NCBI GenBank assembly: GCA_039802865.1
Contig: JBDRXL010000002.1
Coordinates: 39,826-103,825 of the forward strand
DNA: 64,000 bases
Source: a candidate division WOR-3 bacterium
GTDB lineage: Bacteria; Hydrothermota; Hydrothermia; LBFQ01; DSFT01
Direction: 5' to 3'
In this document: positions 20,142 through 30,046 of the stretch, piece by piece
Layout of the letters: each line of letters begins with the position of its first letter
How positions within the stretch are numbered: position 1 is the stretch's first letter
The notes under the pieces: generated by a model
Databases searched by the model: none
What the model was told of the DNA's origin: nothing
What the model saw: the letters and a program-made list of their open reading frames with translations, nothing else
Program-made: the position numbers and the translations under genes

Positions 20142-21555
20142 TTTGTTGTTTTTATTTTCAGAGGAAAATATAAAAAGTCATATTTACTTTTTGGCAAATG
20201 ATTATTTGGAAGGTAGGCTTTGTGGTTATAATCAAATTGCAAGAGATTATATTAAGTTTTATTTAAAAAAATTAGGTTATGAAATTATAACACAAGAATT
20301 TGATGTAGATGGAAAAATAAAGATAGACAGTTTTTATCTAAGTTTAAACATTCCTGCAAAACCTTTGTATTTTTCAAGTAGTGGATATGCAAAATTTAAT
20401 GAGATTTCTATTGTTGATGGAGATAGTTTTGATGAAATAGGTTTGATACATAAAGCAATTGATGAAAGAAATAAGAAAAAGAAAGCGATTATATTTTTAT
20501 TATCAAAACCTATTCAAAAGAGTTATTTTAAAAATGATTTAAATATAATAGCTCTTCAAGTTCCAAAAGAGTATAAAGATAGCTTAAAAAATAAAAAAAT
20601 TGAAATATTTTTGAAAATTTCAAAAGAAAAAGTAAAGGGTGAAAATATCTTTGCTATTAAAAAAGGAAAAAGCTTAAAATATGTTATTATTGGAGCACAT
20701 TATGACCATTTGGGTTATGGTGATATATCTTCCTTAGATAGTATTTATGATGTTCATAATGGTGCAGATGATAATGCAAGTGGTGTTGCAGGTGTTTTAG
20801 AGCTTGCAAATTATTATAAGGATAAACAAGTAAGTGATAATATTGTATTTGCATTTTGGGATTGTGAAGAAATTGGAACAGTTGGCTCAGATTACTATAT
20901 TAAAAATCCTTTATTTCCACTTGAAAATACAAAAATTTATATAAACTTTGATATGATTGGAAGACTTAAAGATAGCACTTTAACTATTATTGGTTCTAAA
21001 ACCGCTATTGAGTTAGAAGATATATTAAAGAGAAATAATCAATTTTTTAATTTAAAACTTGTAAATAGTGGTTTTGGTTCAAGCGATCAAAATGCATTTT
21101 ATAACTCAAAAATACCCGTTTTACATTTCTTTACAGGTGTTCATAAAGATTATCATAAAACTACAGATGATGCTAATTTTATAAATTATGAAGGTATAAA
21201 GGAAATTTTAGAATATGTTATAAGAGTTGTTGATGATATTTTAAGAACAGAAACATTAACATATAATGAGATTAAACAAGAAAGAAGTTTTACTTCTTCA
21301 AATAGAGTAAGACTTGGTGTTATTCCAGATTATAGTTATGAGGGGGTTGGAATTAGAATTATTGGAGTATCTAAAAATACACCTGCTGAAAAAGTCGGTT
21401 TAAAAGAGGGGGATATCATTTTAAAAATTGGAGAGTATGATATAAAGAATATATATGATTTAACATATGCCCTTACTAAATTTAAGAAAGGTCAAAAAGT
21501 AAAAATTGAATTTAAGCGAGATGATAAAATTATTACAGAAAACATAAAATTTTAA
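20134..21555 (+). CDS. M28-family aminopeptidase fused to a C-terminal PDZ domain
   Basis: HYDHLGYG, DDNASGVAGVLELA, EEIGTVGS (M28 zinc ligands); C-terminal GIRIIGVSKNTPAEKVGLKEGDIILKIGEYDI = PDZ. Confidence 0.75.
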   Translation: MISLLFLFSEENIKSHIYFLANDYLEGRLCGYNQIARDYIKFYLKKLGYEIITQEFDVDGKIKIDSFYLSLNIPAKPLYFSSSGYAKFNEISIVDGDSFDEIGLIHKAIDERNKKKKAIIFLLSKPIQKSYFKNDLNIIALQVPKEYKDSLKNKKIEIFLKISKEKVKGENIFAIKKGKSLKYVIIGAHYDHLGYGDISSLDSIYDVHNGADDNASGVAGVLELANYYKDKQVSDNIVFAFWDCEEIGTVGSDYYIKNPLFPLENTKIYINFDMIGRLKDSTLTIIGSKTAIELEDILKRNNQFFNLKLVNSGFGSSDQNAFYNSKIPVLHFFTGVHKDYHKTTDDANFINYEGIKEILEYVIRVVDDILRTETLTYNEIKQERSFTSSNRVRLGVIPDYSYEGVGIRIIGVSKNTPAEKVGLKEGDIILKIGEYDIKNIYDLTYALTKFKKGQKVKIEFKRDDKIITENIKF

Positions 21556-21556
21556 A

Positions 21557-22675
21557 ATGAGAGTTAATTCTCGGTTTTTTGAAAGTATTTTATCAAAATG
21601 GGGTAGTATAAGGGAACAATTTTCTGGTATTGAAGAATTTGAAGGAATTGATCCCCAGATTGTTTTAAGTGAATGGAATGAATATCATTATAAGAACAAT
21701 AAGAGTTATAAAATTGTTTCTGGGGATGGTTCTTATAACACACTTGAATATATAGATAAATATGTAATTCTGTCAGCAGGCTTAGGTATATCATTTGATG
21801 AAAATTATAATAAAGATGAAAAATACCTTTCTTTTGTTATAGTTATTCCTTTTGATGTTATTGTAAAGAAATTTTTAGATGATTTGGCATCATTAATTAT
21901 GGCAACCTTAGAGTTAAAATCAATATATTTAATATCAAAAGAGAAAAGTCCTGATATTGTAATTTTAGATGGTAGTATTAGGAATTTTATAATTAGGTTT
22001 GGTCCAAGTCATAGCAAAGAAATTGGTCAAAATTGGTTTTATAAGGGAAATTTAGATGAGAGAAAAATTGATGAGCTTTATTATGAAAACAAAGAGAGTA
22101 TATTTGAATTTGATTTATGGTCATATAATATCGTAAAGATGAATATTAAAGGAGATGATAAATTTATATATTTTGCACATCTTTTGTATTATGAATATTT
22201 AAAAGTTCTTGATGAGTTACTAAAAAACTTTAAAGTTATAAGCATTTCAAAATCCTTTTCTCCAACATTTGAAAATAAAATTTTCCCCCTTATAAATGCT
22301 CCTGATATTATTATATTTAATAACTATACAAAAAGCGTTGGTTATAGTAGTATTAGTTATTATTTGAAAGATGAATATAATATAAAGTGGAAATTACCAG
22401 AACCTTTTAGACATTTAGAAAAAAAGGATATAAATTTTTTTTATGCAAGATTTGAAGAAAATTACAGAGTTTATAAGGTTGAATTTATTGGTAATTTAAA
22501 TCAAGAAGAAATTCTTGATGTTTTACATCCATTTATAATTTCCGGTTATCCTTATATATTAAAAATTGCTCATAGTGAAGTATTAATAAGCGATAAAGAT
22601 GCAGAGTTATTTGAAAATTATGTAAAAAATGAAATGAAAAGGGAGATAGGACTTAAACTTAGGAGTGAGCTTTAA
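21557..22675 (+). CDS. Hypothetical protein; possible NurA-like nuclease fold
   Basis: KIVSGDGSYNTLEY and DIVILDGSIRNF resemble the DGS catalytic motifs of NurA 5'-3' nucleases; weak. Confidence 0.3.
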   Translation: MRVNSRFFESILSKWGSIREQFSGIEEFEGIDPQIVLSEWNEYHYKNNKSYKIVSGDGSYNTLEYIDKYVILSAGLGISFDENYNKDEKYLSFVIVIPFDVIVKKFLDDLASLIMATLELKSIYLISKEKSPDIVILDGSIRNFIIRFGPSHSKEIGQNWFYKGNLDERKIDELYYENKESIFEFDLWSYNIVKMNIKGDDKFIYFAHLLYYEYLKVLDELLKNFKVISISKSFSPTFENKIFPLINAPDIIIFNNYTKSVGYSSISYYLKDEYNIKWKLPEPFRHLEKKDINFFYARFEENYRVYKVEFIGNLNQEEILDVLHPFIISGYPYILKIAHSEVLISDKDAELFENYVKNEMKREIGLKLRSEL

Positions 22676-22686
22676 AATTTTCGCTT
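22669..22686 (+). promoter_or_regulatory. CTTTAAAATTT element 6 nt upstream of coxB ATG
   Basis: GCTTTAAAATTTTCGCTT-ATG(22687); no SD. Confidence 0.45.
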
Positions 22687-23640
22687 ATGCTTTGGATCCT
22701 TTCGCTTTTTCCTAAAATAACATCAAGCTATGGGAAAGATGTAGATAACTTATTTTGGTTTATCTTCTTTATTGCCCTATTTTTCTTCCTCTTAGTTCAA
22801 ATACTTATGATATACTTTGTAATTAAATACAGAAATAGAGGGGAAGAGGAAGTTTCTAAGGTAGAGGGAAATACATTTCTTGAAATTGTTTGGACAATAA
22901 TTCCTACAATTATTTTAATTGTTATTTTCTTTTATGGTGTTTATGTATTTGATAATTTTCAAAGAAGACCACCTGCAAATTCAATGGAAATAAAAGTTAT
23001 AGGTCATCAATGGTGGTGGGAATTTCAATATCCTAATGGTTACACTACAAGAGATACATTAATTATTCCAGTAAATAAACCTATAAAATTAATAATGACT
23101 TCACAAGATGTTATACATTCATTTTTTGTAAGACATTTTAGAATAAAAGAGGATTTAGTTCCTGGAAGATATACTTGGACTTGGTTTAAGGCAGTAGAAC
23201 CAGGTATGTATGATATTCAATGTGCAGAGTATTGTGGTTCTAGGCATTCCAAAATGATAGGTTATATTAAAGCTATTGATACTAAGGAATTTGAAAGTTG
23301 GCTTGCAAGTGTTTCAAAAGAAGCAGATTTATCAAGTTTATCACCTGTTGAAAGGGGTAAGAGAATTAGTCAGCTTAAAGGTTGTAATAGTTGTCATTCT
23401 GTGGATGGAAGTCCCGGTGTTGGTCCAACATGGAAAGGATTATATAATCATGAGATGGTTGTAATTGAAGGTGGTAAAGAAAAGAAAGTAATTGCGGATG
23501 AGAATTATTTAAGAGAAAGTATTGTAAATCCAAATGCTAAAATTGTGAAGGGATATCAAGGAATAATGCCTTCTTATCAAGGTCAGTTAAGTGAAGATGA
23601 TATTTTGGCAATTATAGAGTATATAAAATCTTTAAAATAG
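22687..23640 (+). CDS. coxB: Cytochrome c oxidase subunit II, caa3-type (CuA domain fused to C-terminal cytochrome c)
   Basis: CuA ligands H...CAEYCG..H..M; C-terminal CNSCH haem-c site. Confidence 0.9.
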   Translation: MLWILSLFPKITSSYGKDVDNLFWFIFFIALFFFLLVQILMIYFVIKYRNRGEEEVSKVEGNTFLEIVWTIIPTIILIVIFFYGVYVFDNFQRRPPANSMEIKVIGHQWWWEFQYPNGYTTRDTLIIPVNKPIKLIMTSQDVIHSFFVRHFRIKEDLVPGRYTWTWFKAVEPGMYDIQCAEYCGSRHSKMIGYIKAIDTKEFESWLASVSKEADLSSLSPVERGKRISQLKGCNSCHSVDGSPGVGPTWKGLYNHEMVVIEGGKEKKVIADENYLRESIVNPNAKIVKGYQGIMPSYQGQLSEDDILAIIEYIKSLK

Positions 23641-23650
23641 GAGGAAAGTT

Positions 23651-25246
23651 ATGCTTAGCAAACTTTTGAGCCATGAACCAAGACCTGGGCTCTTAGGTTG
23701 GTTATTTTCAACAGATCATAAGCGAATTGCCCTTCTTTACTTTTGGACAATAATTTTCTTTTTCCTTATTGCTGGAATTTTTGCACTTTTAATAAGAACT
23801 GAATTATTTTTGCCAGGAAAAACACTTTTTGATTCTGATACCTATAATAGAATATTTACTCTTCATGGAGTAATGATGGTATTTTTAGTAATAGTTCCAT
23901 TAATTCCTGCAGTTCTTGGTAATTACTTTATACCACTTATGATAGGGGCAAGAGATGTTGCATTTCCAAAACTTAATTTATTATCTTATTGGGTTTATTT
24001 AATAGGTGCTCTTATTGTTTTATCTTCTTTAATTTTTGGTGCTATTGATACAGGTTGGACATTTTATACGCCGTATAGCTTAAAAACGGGTGGGGGAGTT
24101 TTATTAGCATTACTTGGCGTTTTTATAATAGGATTTTCATCTATTTTAACAGGTCTTAATTTTGTAGTAACAATTCATAGACTAAGAGCTCCGGGACTAA
24201 GTTGGGGTAAATTACCTTTATTTGTATGGGCACTTTATGCAACATCGCTTATGAACGTTATTGCAACACCTGTTATAGGTATAACATTATTATTGTTAAT
24301 ACTTGAAAGATTATTTGGTGTTGGATTTTTTGATCCCACAAAAGGTGGAGATCCTATTCTATTTCAACATTTCTTCTGGTTTTATTCGCATCCCGTAGTA
24401 TATATAATGATACTTCCTGGTATGGGTATTATATCTGAGTTAATATCAGTTCATTCAAGGAAGAGGATATTTGGATATTGGGCTATGGCAGCAGCTATAT
24501 TTGGTATAGCATTTATTGGATTTATTGTATGGGCTCATCATATGTTCGTTAGTGGTATGTCAGATGTTGCAAGATGGATATTTTCATTCTTAACATTCTT
24601 TGTGGCGGTTCCAACAGGAGTAAAAGTATTTAATTGGGTTGCAACATTATATGGAGGTTCAATTAGATTAACTACACCAATGTTATATGCATTATCATTT
24701 TTATTCTTATTTACAATTGGAGGACTTACAGGACTTTGGCTTGCTACTGTTGCGACAGATGTTTATTTACATGATACCTATTTTGTAGTAGCACACTTCC
24801 ATTATGTTATGGTTGGAGGAGCTATAACTGCTTTCTTTGGAGGTTTATATCACTGGTTTCCAAAAATTACAGGTAGAATGTATAATGAATTTTGGGGAAA
24901 GATTAGTGCTTTACTTGTATTCTTAGGTTTTAATATGACATTTTTCCCACAATTTTTATTAGGAATGCAAGGTATGCCAAGAAGATATTGGGATTATCTT
25001 CCTGAATTTACATTATTAAATCAAATATCAACTATTGGAGCATTTACATTAGCAACTGGTGTATTTATATCTTTATTAACACTCTTTATTGCTTGGAGAA
25101 GGGGACCAAAAGCTGTTGAAAATCCTTGGGGTGCTGCTACCTTAGAATGGCAAACTACATCTCCACCACCTTATTATAATTTTAAAGAAATACCTCATGT
25201 AGAGCATGGTCCTTATGAATATGAAGTTTTGAAAAAGGAGGGATAA
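23651..25246 (+). CDS. coxA: Cytochrome c oxidase subunit I
   Basis: 12-TM haem-copper oxidase subunit I with conserved His ligands (WAHHMF, HFHYV). Confidence 0.95.
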   Translation: MLSKLLSHEPRPGLLGWLFSTDHKRIALLYFWTIIFFFLIAGIFALLIRTELFLPGKTLFDSDTYNRIFTLHGVMMVFLVIVPLIPAVLGNYFIPLMIGARDVAFPKLNLLSYWVYLIGALIVLSSLIFGAIDTGWTFYTPYSLKTGGGVLLALLGVFIIGFSSILTGLNFVVTIHRLRAPGLSWGKLPLFVWALYATSLMNVIATPVIGITLLLLILERLFGVGFFDPTKGGDPILFQHFFWFYSHPVVYIMILPGMGIISELISVHSRKRIFGYWAMAAAIFGIAFIGFIVWAHHMFVSGMSDVARWIFSFLTFFVAVPTGVKVFNWVATLYGGSIRLTTPMLYALSFLFLFTIGGLTGLWLATVATDVYLHDTYFVVAHFHYVMVGGAITAFFGGLYHWFPKITGRMYNEFWGKISALLVFLGFNMTFFPQFLLGMQGMPRRYWDYLPEFTLLNQISTIGAFTLATGVFISLLTLFIAWRRGPKAVENPWGAATLEWQTTSPPPYYNFKEIPHVEHGPYEYEVLKKEG

Positions 25247-25249
25247 AAT

Positions 25250-25876
25250 ATGCAAGAAGCTATAAAGCACGAACATATAGAGCTTGTTCATAAGGATGAT
25301 TTTGGTGCAAAACTTGGAATGTGGTTATTTTTGGCTACGGAATTACTTTTATTTGCTGGACTTTTTACGCTATATGCGGTTTTTAGAGGAGTTTATTTAC
25401 CTTATTTTCATGAGGGCCAAAAGGAATTACAACCTATTATTGGGTTAATAAATAGTATAGTTTTATTTTTAGGGGGGCTTACTGCTGTTTTGGCAATTGC
25501 TGCTGCAAGAAAAGATAACAAAAATCATTTAGTTTTGTTTTTAACAATTACTATTTTAACAGGTATAACATTCTTAATTATCAAAGCATATGAATATGGT
25601 TTGAAAATTCAACATGGATTGTTCTTTAATATGGAACATTTTAATTCACTCGCTAATGGTTTAAAAGTTTTCTTTTCTCTTTACTTTGTAATGACTGGAA
25701 TTCATGCTCTACACGTTTTAATAGGGGTTATTCTATTTTCATTTATTCTCTTCTTTGCCCTTAGGAATGAATATAGTTCTAAGAATTATATACAGGTCGA
25801 AATAGCTGGATTATATTGGTGTCTTGTAGATTTAATTTGGATGTATCTTTTCCCGCTTTTATACCTTGTTAAGTAG
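25250..25876 (+). CDS. coxC: Cytochrome c oxidase subunit III
   Basis: Subunit III-like TM protein directly after coxA with GGAGG RBS. Confidence 0.8.
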   Translation: MQEAIKHEHIELVHKDDFGAKLGMWLFLATELLLFAGLFTLYAVFRGVYLPYFHEGQKELQPIIGLINSIVLFLGGLTAVLAIAAARKDNKNHLVLFLTITILTGITFLIIKAYEYGLKIQHGLFFNMEHFNSLANGLKVFFSLYFVMTGIHALHVLIGVILFSFILFFALRNEYSSKNYIQVEIAGLYWCLVDLIWMYLFPLLYLVK

Positions 25877-26571
25877 TGTTTTCTAATCCTTTTTATGTAT
25901 TATTAGTTTTTATTTTTTCTATTACAACAGTTAATATCCTGAAAGTCGTTATAAATTACGATAATTATAAACAAGTAATGGTAAATCAAATGGAACAAAA
26001 TTTAGAAGAAATCAAAGAAAATTTAAAAAAGCAAGATTTAACATATGAAGAAAAGGAGAGAAGATTAGAGAATTATAGAAAAATTTATTTAATGTCAATC
26101 TCTTTACCTATTATTGTTCTTTCAAATATCGCTTTTGGTATATTTTTACTTCCAATTATTATGTTGGTTCAAGCATTTGCTTTTAGTATGTTATTTTTTA
26201 TATTTCCAAATTCTTATAAGGGTTATAATTTTAAGAAGTTATTTCTAATTTTGATTTATTCTAAAACAGCAATTCTCTTAGGTGCATTTCTTTCACTTAT
26301 CTTTTCAATAATTTATCAAAATCCGACATTTTCGTTTAACTTTTCAAATTTTATTCCCTATGAATTTGTTTCACATAATAGTTATTTAAAAGCTATAAGA
26401 AATACACTTTATCATATTGAACCATTTTCTATATTAAGCTTGATATTACTTATATTTGGACTAAATAAAGCTTTTGATTTTGAAATAAAAAAAGCAGTTA
26501 TAGGAGTTTTTGGAATTTTTATTATATTTTTGATATTAAATGCATTATTCTTTTTATTGTTCTTTAAATGA
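25876..26571 (+). CDS. Polytopic membrane protein of unknown function, translationally coupled to the caa3 operon
   Basis: Start overlaps coxC stop; ~5 TM segments; no recognisable motif. Confidence 0.4.
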   Translation: MFSNPFYVLLVFIFSITTVNILKVVINYDNYKQVMVNQMEQNLEEIKENLKKQDLTYEEKERRLENYRKIYLMSISLPIIVLSNIAFGIFLLPIIMLVQAFAFSMLFFIFPNSYKGYNFKKLFLILIYSKTAILLGAFLSLIFSIIYQNPTFSFNFSNFIPYEFVSHNSYLKAIRNTLYHIEPFSILSLILLIFGLNKAFDFEIKKAVIGVFGIFIIFLILNALFFLLFFK

Positions 26572-27509
26572 AGCGTTTTGTTTTTATATTACTTTTTTCT
26601 TGTTCTAAAATTGATATAGTTCCTAAAATTCAATTAAGTCCAAATCCTTCACAATCAAATAGTTATGTAAATATCCTTCTTGATATTCCAGATACTCTTA
26701 AAAGATATGATAAGTATATTTCAATACACTTTATATATTCCAATTCTGAGGAGAGAAAAGTTATAAAGTTAGCTAATACTAACTTATATCAACTTTATTT
26801 GCCTGAAAGTTTAATAAACTATTCTGTTTATCTTATTATAGATACATTTACTATAAGGCTTGAAGGTATTAGAGTTTATGAAGGTTCAAAGCCTAAACAA
26901 AACACATTTTTTATTTCATCAAAATATGAAAAAATTGATAGTCAAAAAATAAAATTATTAAAAGCGGAACTTGAAAATTACCCAAATAATATAAAAGCAA
27001 AAGCTTATTATGATTGTCTTAAAAATGAAAAAACAGATACTTCTCAAATATATGAGCTTTATTATAATATCTGCAAAAATCCAAATAATTACAAAAATAT
27101 ATTAAAGGCTATTGAATATGGTGATAGTTCATATGAATTTTTATTTAAGGCTTCATTTATTTCAGATACAATTCTTGATATTGCATCTAAGAAGTTTAGT
27201 GATGATATGGAGCTTCAACTATTAAAACTTAAAAAATTGAATGAAAAAAAGAGATTTAATGAAAGTATTATTCTTTCTGATTTTTTAGTAAAAAATTTAA
27301 ATATGGAATGGTTATATAAGTTTTATCCACATTTAAATTATAAGGAAAGAAGAAATAAGTTTTTTGAAGTATTTTCAGAGATATATAAGCAAAAGGCATT
27401 AGCACATTTAAATTTAAATGATAGTGTAAATTATAAGAAAAACTTTTATATATATTGCTTAAATTACCCATTTGTGGAAAAAAATGAAGAATGTAAAGAT
27501 GTCAAATAG
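26568..27509 (+). CDS. Hypothetical lipoprotein
   Basis: Lipobox LLFSC; last codons ...CKDVK* are part of the 32-bp repeat duplicated upstream of gyrA. Confidence 0.4.
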   Translation: MKRFVFILLFSCSKIDIVPKIQLSPNPSQSNSYVNILLDIPDTLKRYDKYISIHFIYSNSEERKVIKLANTNLYQLYLPESLINYSVYLIIDTFTIRLEGIRVYEGSKPKQNTFFISSKYEKIDSQKIKLLKAELENYPNNIKAKAYYDCLKNEKTDTSQIYELYYNICKNPNNYKNILKAIEYGDSSYEFLFKASFISDTILDIASKKFSDDMELQLLKLKKLNEKKRFNESIILSDFLVKNLNMEWLYKFYPHLNYKERRNKFFEVFSEIYKQKALAHLNLNDSVNYKKNFYIYCLNYPFVEKNEECKDVK

Positions 27510-27523
27510 AACTTTAAAATTTT
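27492..27523 (+). repeat. 32-bp direct repeat, copy 1 (TGTAAAGATGTCAAATAGAACTTTAAAATTTT)
   Basis: 30/32 identical to 30009..30040; includes the promoter element. Confidence 0.85.
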
Positions 27524-27526
27524 CTA

Positions 27527-29365
27527 ATGTATTATTGGTATTTTAAATTGTTTAATAATATAAAAAGTGAGCATGAGGCAAATGAGTTAGCAAAGATTGA
27601 ATTGGAGAGTTTATTTGGTAAGGTAGAGCCGATTTTTAATTTTGCAGATAGATTGTGCGAAGAGCCATTGCGTATATTCATGAGTATGCCCGAAAGATTA
27701 CAAGATTATATAATTCATGAATTGCCATATGGTAAAATACAAGGTTATTTTGCAAAATCACATGAATTGAAAAATTTGAATAAATTAGTAAAGAGATTGG
27801 CATATACTCGGGAAATTTATGTTGTTTTAAAGCTTGATTCACATAAACCAATTGAAGACTTAAAAGATATTATTTTCTCGGAAGGTGTTTTAGGTAAGAA
27901 TTTTCAATATTTCAAGGCAAAGGACTATGTGTGCATAAGAGCTATAACTCATCAATATTTTTTAGAAAAATCTGAGTATATATCAAAATTAAGTAGGAAT
28001 GAACAAGAGATAGAAAGAAATGTAAAGATATTATTTTCCTATTTGACAGAAAAGCTTTATCGTATTCCTGCTTCTGTTACTTTGAGTATCGGAAAACGTT
28101 TAGAGGATTATTTCACTATTAGAGAAGAACCTTCTCTTTATCTTACACATTACTTTCATCCATATAAAGGTAAATTTCATCCAAAAATGGTAAGAGCATT
28201 AATAAATTATATATATCCTTCTGACAAAGGAATTTTGCTTGATAATTTTGCAGGAAGTGGAACTTCATTGGTTGAGGCAGTTTTGATGGAGCTTGATAGT
28301 AAAGGAGTGGAAATAAATCCGCTTTCTGCTTTAATGTGTAATGTAAAAACGAGATCATTAATTTTAAATTTTAATCAATTAAAGGAAGAAATATATAATT
28401 ATTTTGAGGAGGTAAAATTTGCTCTTTCAATATATGAGTCTATGAAGAAGGGTCAATTGTTACTACAAAAAAGTAATATAAACTTTGATATAATTAGACA
28501 AAAAGTTTTTACTCTTTCAAGTAATCTGAAAGGTTATTTAAAGAGGGATAGTGAAATAATTTCACAAGTTTTAATATTTAGAGAAATTTTAAGTGCTATA
28601 AAAGATGATGAGGTTAAAAATTTTCTATTGTTAGTATTGAGTGGAACTATTAGTGATGTTATAAGAAGGAAAAATGGGAATTTTTTATCCTTGTTTGAAG
28701 AAAGATTAAAGGAGCTTTATTTGAGATTGTTCCTTTTTCAGGAATTAAATAAAGTTTTAAAAATTAATGTTGGAAAATCTGAGACTTATGTTTGTGATGC
28801 AAGAAATATGGAAGAATTTGTTGAAACGGAAGAAATAGACGGTATAGTTACATCTCCACCTTACTCTGTTGCGTTGGATTATATAAAAAATGACTTTCCC
28901 CAACTGGTACTTTTGGAATTGGTTGAATCTATTGATAAGTTAGAAAAAGCTATGATTGGAAATCCCAGGGCAACATATAATAAGGAATTACTCTTCACTT
29001 ATGATAAAACTATTTTACCCAAAATTGCAGAAGATGTTTTAAATATTCTTTTTAGAAATGGAAAGGAAAAAGAAGGATTGCGTAGTTTAAAATTTTTTAT
29101 TGATATGTTTAAATCCTTGAAGGAGATGTATAGAGTTCTTAAAAGAGGAAGCTATTGTGTTATTGTGATAGGTAATAATCATTTTTCTGTGGATGGAAAG
29201 GTTATTGAAATTCCAAATGATAAAATTATCTTGGAGTTGGCAAGTAGTATTGGTTTTGTTCAATGTAAGTTTATAAAGCGAGAATTAGAAAAGAGTAGTG
29301 AAGGTAACATCAAGGAAGAAAGTATCATAATTATGAAAAAAGGAGGTAGTATAAGTGGGGGTTAA
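27527..29365 (+). CDS. Putative DNA amino-methyltransferase (N6A/N4C), 612 aa
   Basis: Motif I LLDNFAGSGTSLVEA and motif IV DGIVTSPPYSVALDY ~200 aa apart; large N-terminal extra domain. Confidence 0.55.
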   Translation: MYYWYFKLFNNIKSEHEANELAKIELESLFGKVEPIFNFADRLCEEPLRIFMSMPERLQDYIIHELPYGKIQGYFAKSHELKNLNKLVKRLAYTREIYVVLKLDSHKPIEDLKDIIFSEGVLGKNFQYFKAKDYVCIRAITHQYFLEKSEYISKLSRNEQEIERNVKILFSYLTEKLYRIPASVTLSIGKRLEDYFTIREEPSLYLTHYFHPYKGKFHPKMVRALINYIYPSDKGILLDNFAGSGTSLVEAVLMELDSKGVEINPLSALMCNVKTRSLILNFNQLKEEIYNYFEEVKFALSIYESMKKGQLLLQKSNINFDIIRQKVFTLSSNLKGYLKRDSEIISQVLIFREILSAIKDDEVKNFLLLVLSGTISDVIRRKNGNFLSLFEERLKELYLRLFLFQELNKVLKINVGKSETYVCDARNMEEFVETEEIDGIVTSPPYSVALDYIKNDFPQLVLLELVESIDKLEKAMIGNPRATYNKELLFTYDKTILPKIAEDVLNILFRNGKEKEGLRSLKFFIDMFKSLKEMYRVLKRGSYCVIVIGNNHFSVDGKVIEIPNDKIILELASSIGFVQCKFIKRELEKSSEGNIKEESIIIMKKGGSISGG

Positions 29366-29996
29366 AAAGAGAATAATTGAAGGACCGGAGATAAAAATTT
29401 CTGAGCCTATAGGGCGCTTTGAGATTGTAAGAAAAGTGGTCTCAACTTTTATTGATTTTGAAAAAGATAAAAAAGGAAAGGGTATTGAATTTCGTTATCC
29501 TGTTGAAAATCTATCTATTGGTGATAAACTTTATATTCATAGACCAGGAATTAAATGGAATTTTGATTTTAAGGTAGAAGTTTTTCCAAGGTTTGGCCTT
29601 CAAGATGGAAAGCATGAACAAATTGCTTTAATTTTAAGGAAAATTAAAAGGACAAATAAAGAAGAATTTAGCAAACTTTGGAATATGATTTGTCAGTTGT
29701 ATCACTGTTCAAATAATGATGTAGATCTGCTTTTAAGAATGAACCGCATTTCAATAAGTAATCCCAAACCTGATATTTTATTGAAGGTTATAAAATGGTT
29801 ATTTATTATGGAGGATATAGTTTATTGGCACTATGAGGGTAGAGCGTTTTTATATAACTTTTTCTTATATGTTATAAGTGAGAGAAACACTAAACAACTT
29901 AGTGATATTTTATCTCAATTTAAAAAAAGAAAGGCAAAACCTGAAAAAATAAAAAAGCTACTTGAAGAATTAGGGATAAATTGGGAATTACCATAA
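29355..29996 (+). CDS. Hypothetical protein translationally coupled to the methyltransferase; candidate restriction endonuclease or specificity partner
   Basis: Start overlaps MTase stop by 11 nt; no recognisable domain. Confidence 0.3.
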   Translation: MGVKKRIIEGPEIKISEPIGRFEIVRKVVSTFIDFEKDKKGKGIEFRYPVENLSIGDKLYIHRPGIKWNFDFKVEVFPRFGLQDGKHEQIALILRKIKRTNKEEFSKLWNMICQLYHCSNNDVDLLLRMNRISISNPKPDILLKVIKWLFIMEDIVYWHYEGRAFLYNFFLYVISERNTKQLSDILSQFKKRKAKPEKIKKLLEELGINWELP

Positions 29997-30008
29997 TTCA
30001 CGAGATAG

Positions 30009-30040
30009 TGTAAAATTGTCAAATAGAACTTTAAAATTTT
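30009..30040 (+). repeat. 32-bp direct repeat, copy 2 (TGTAAAATTGTCAAATAGAACTTTAAAATTTT), gyrA promoter
   Basis: Duplicate of 27492..27523; ATG of gyrA 6 nt downstream. Confidence 0.85.
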
Positions 30041-30046
30041 AAACTT

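Noticed and set aside
27495-27530. TTGTCA as a sigma-70 -35 box for the gyrA and MTase promoters
   Set aside because: Only about 10 nt separate it from the TAAAAT element, far short of the 17-nt spacer, so it is not a canonical -35/-10 pair.
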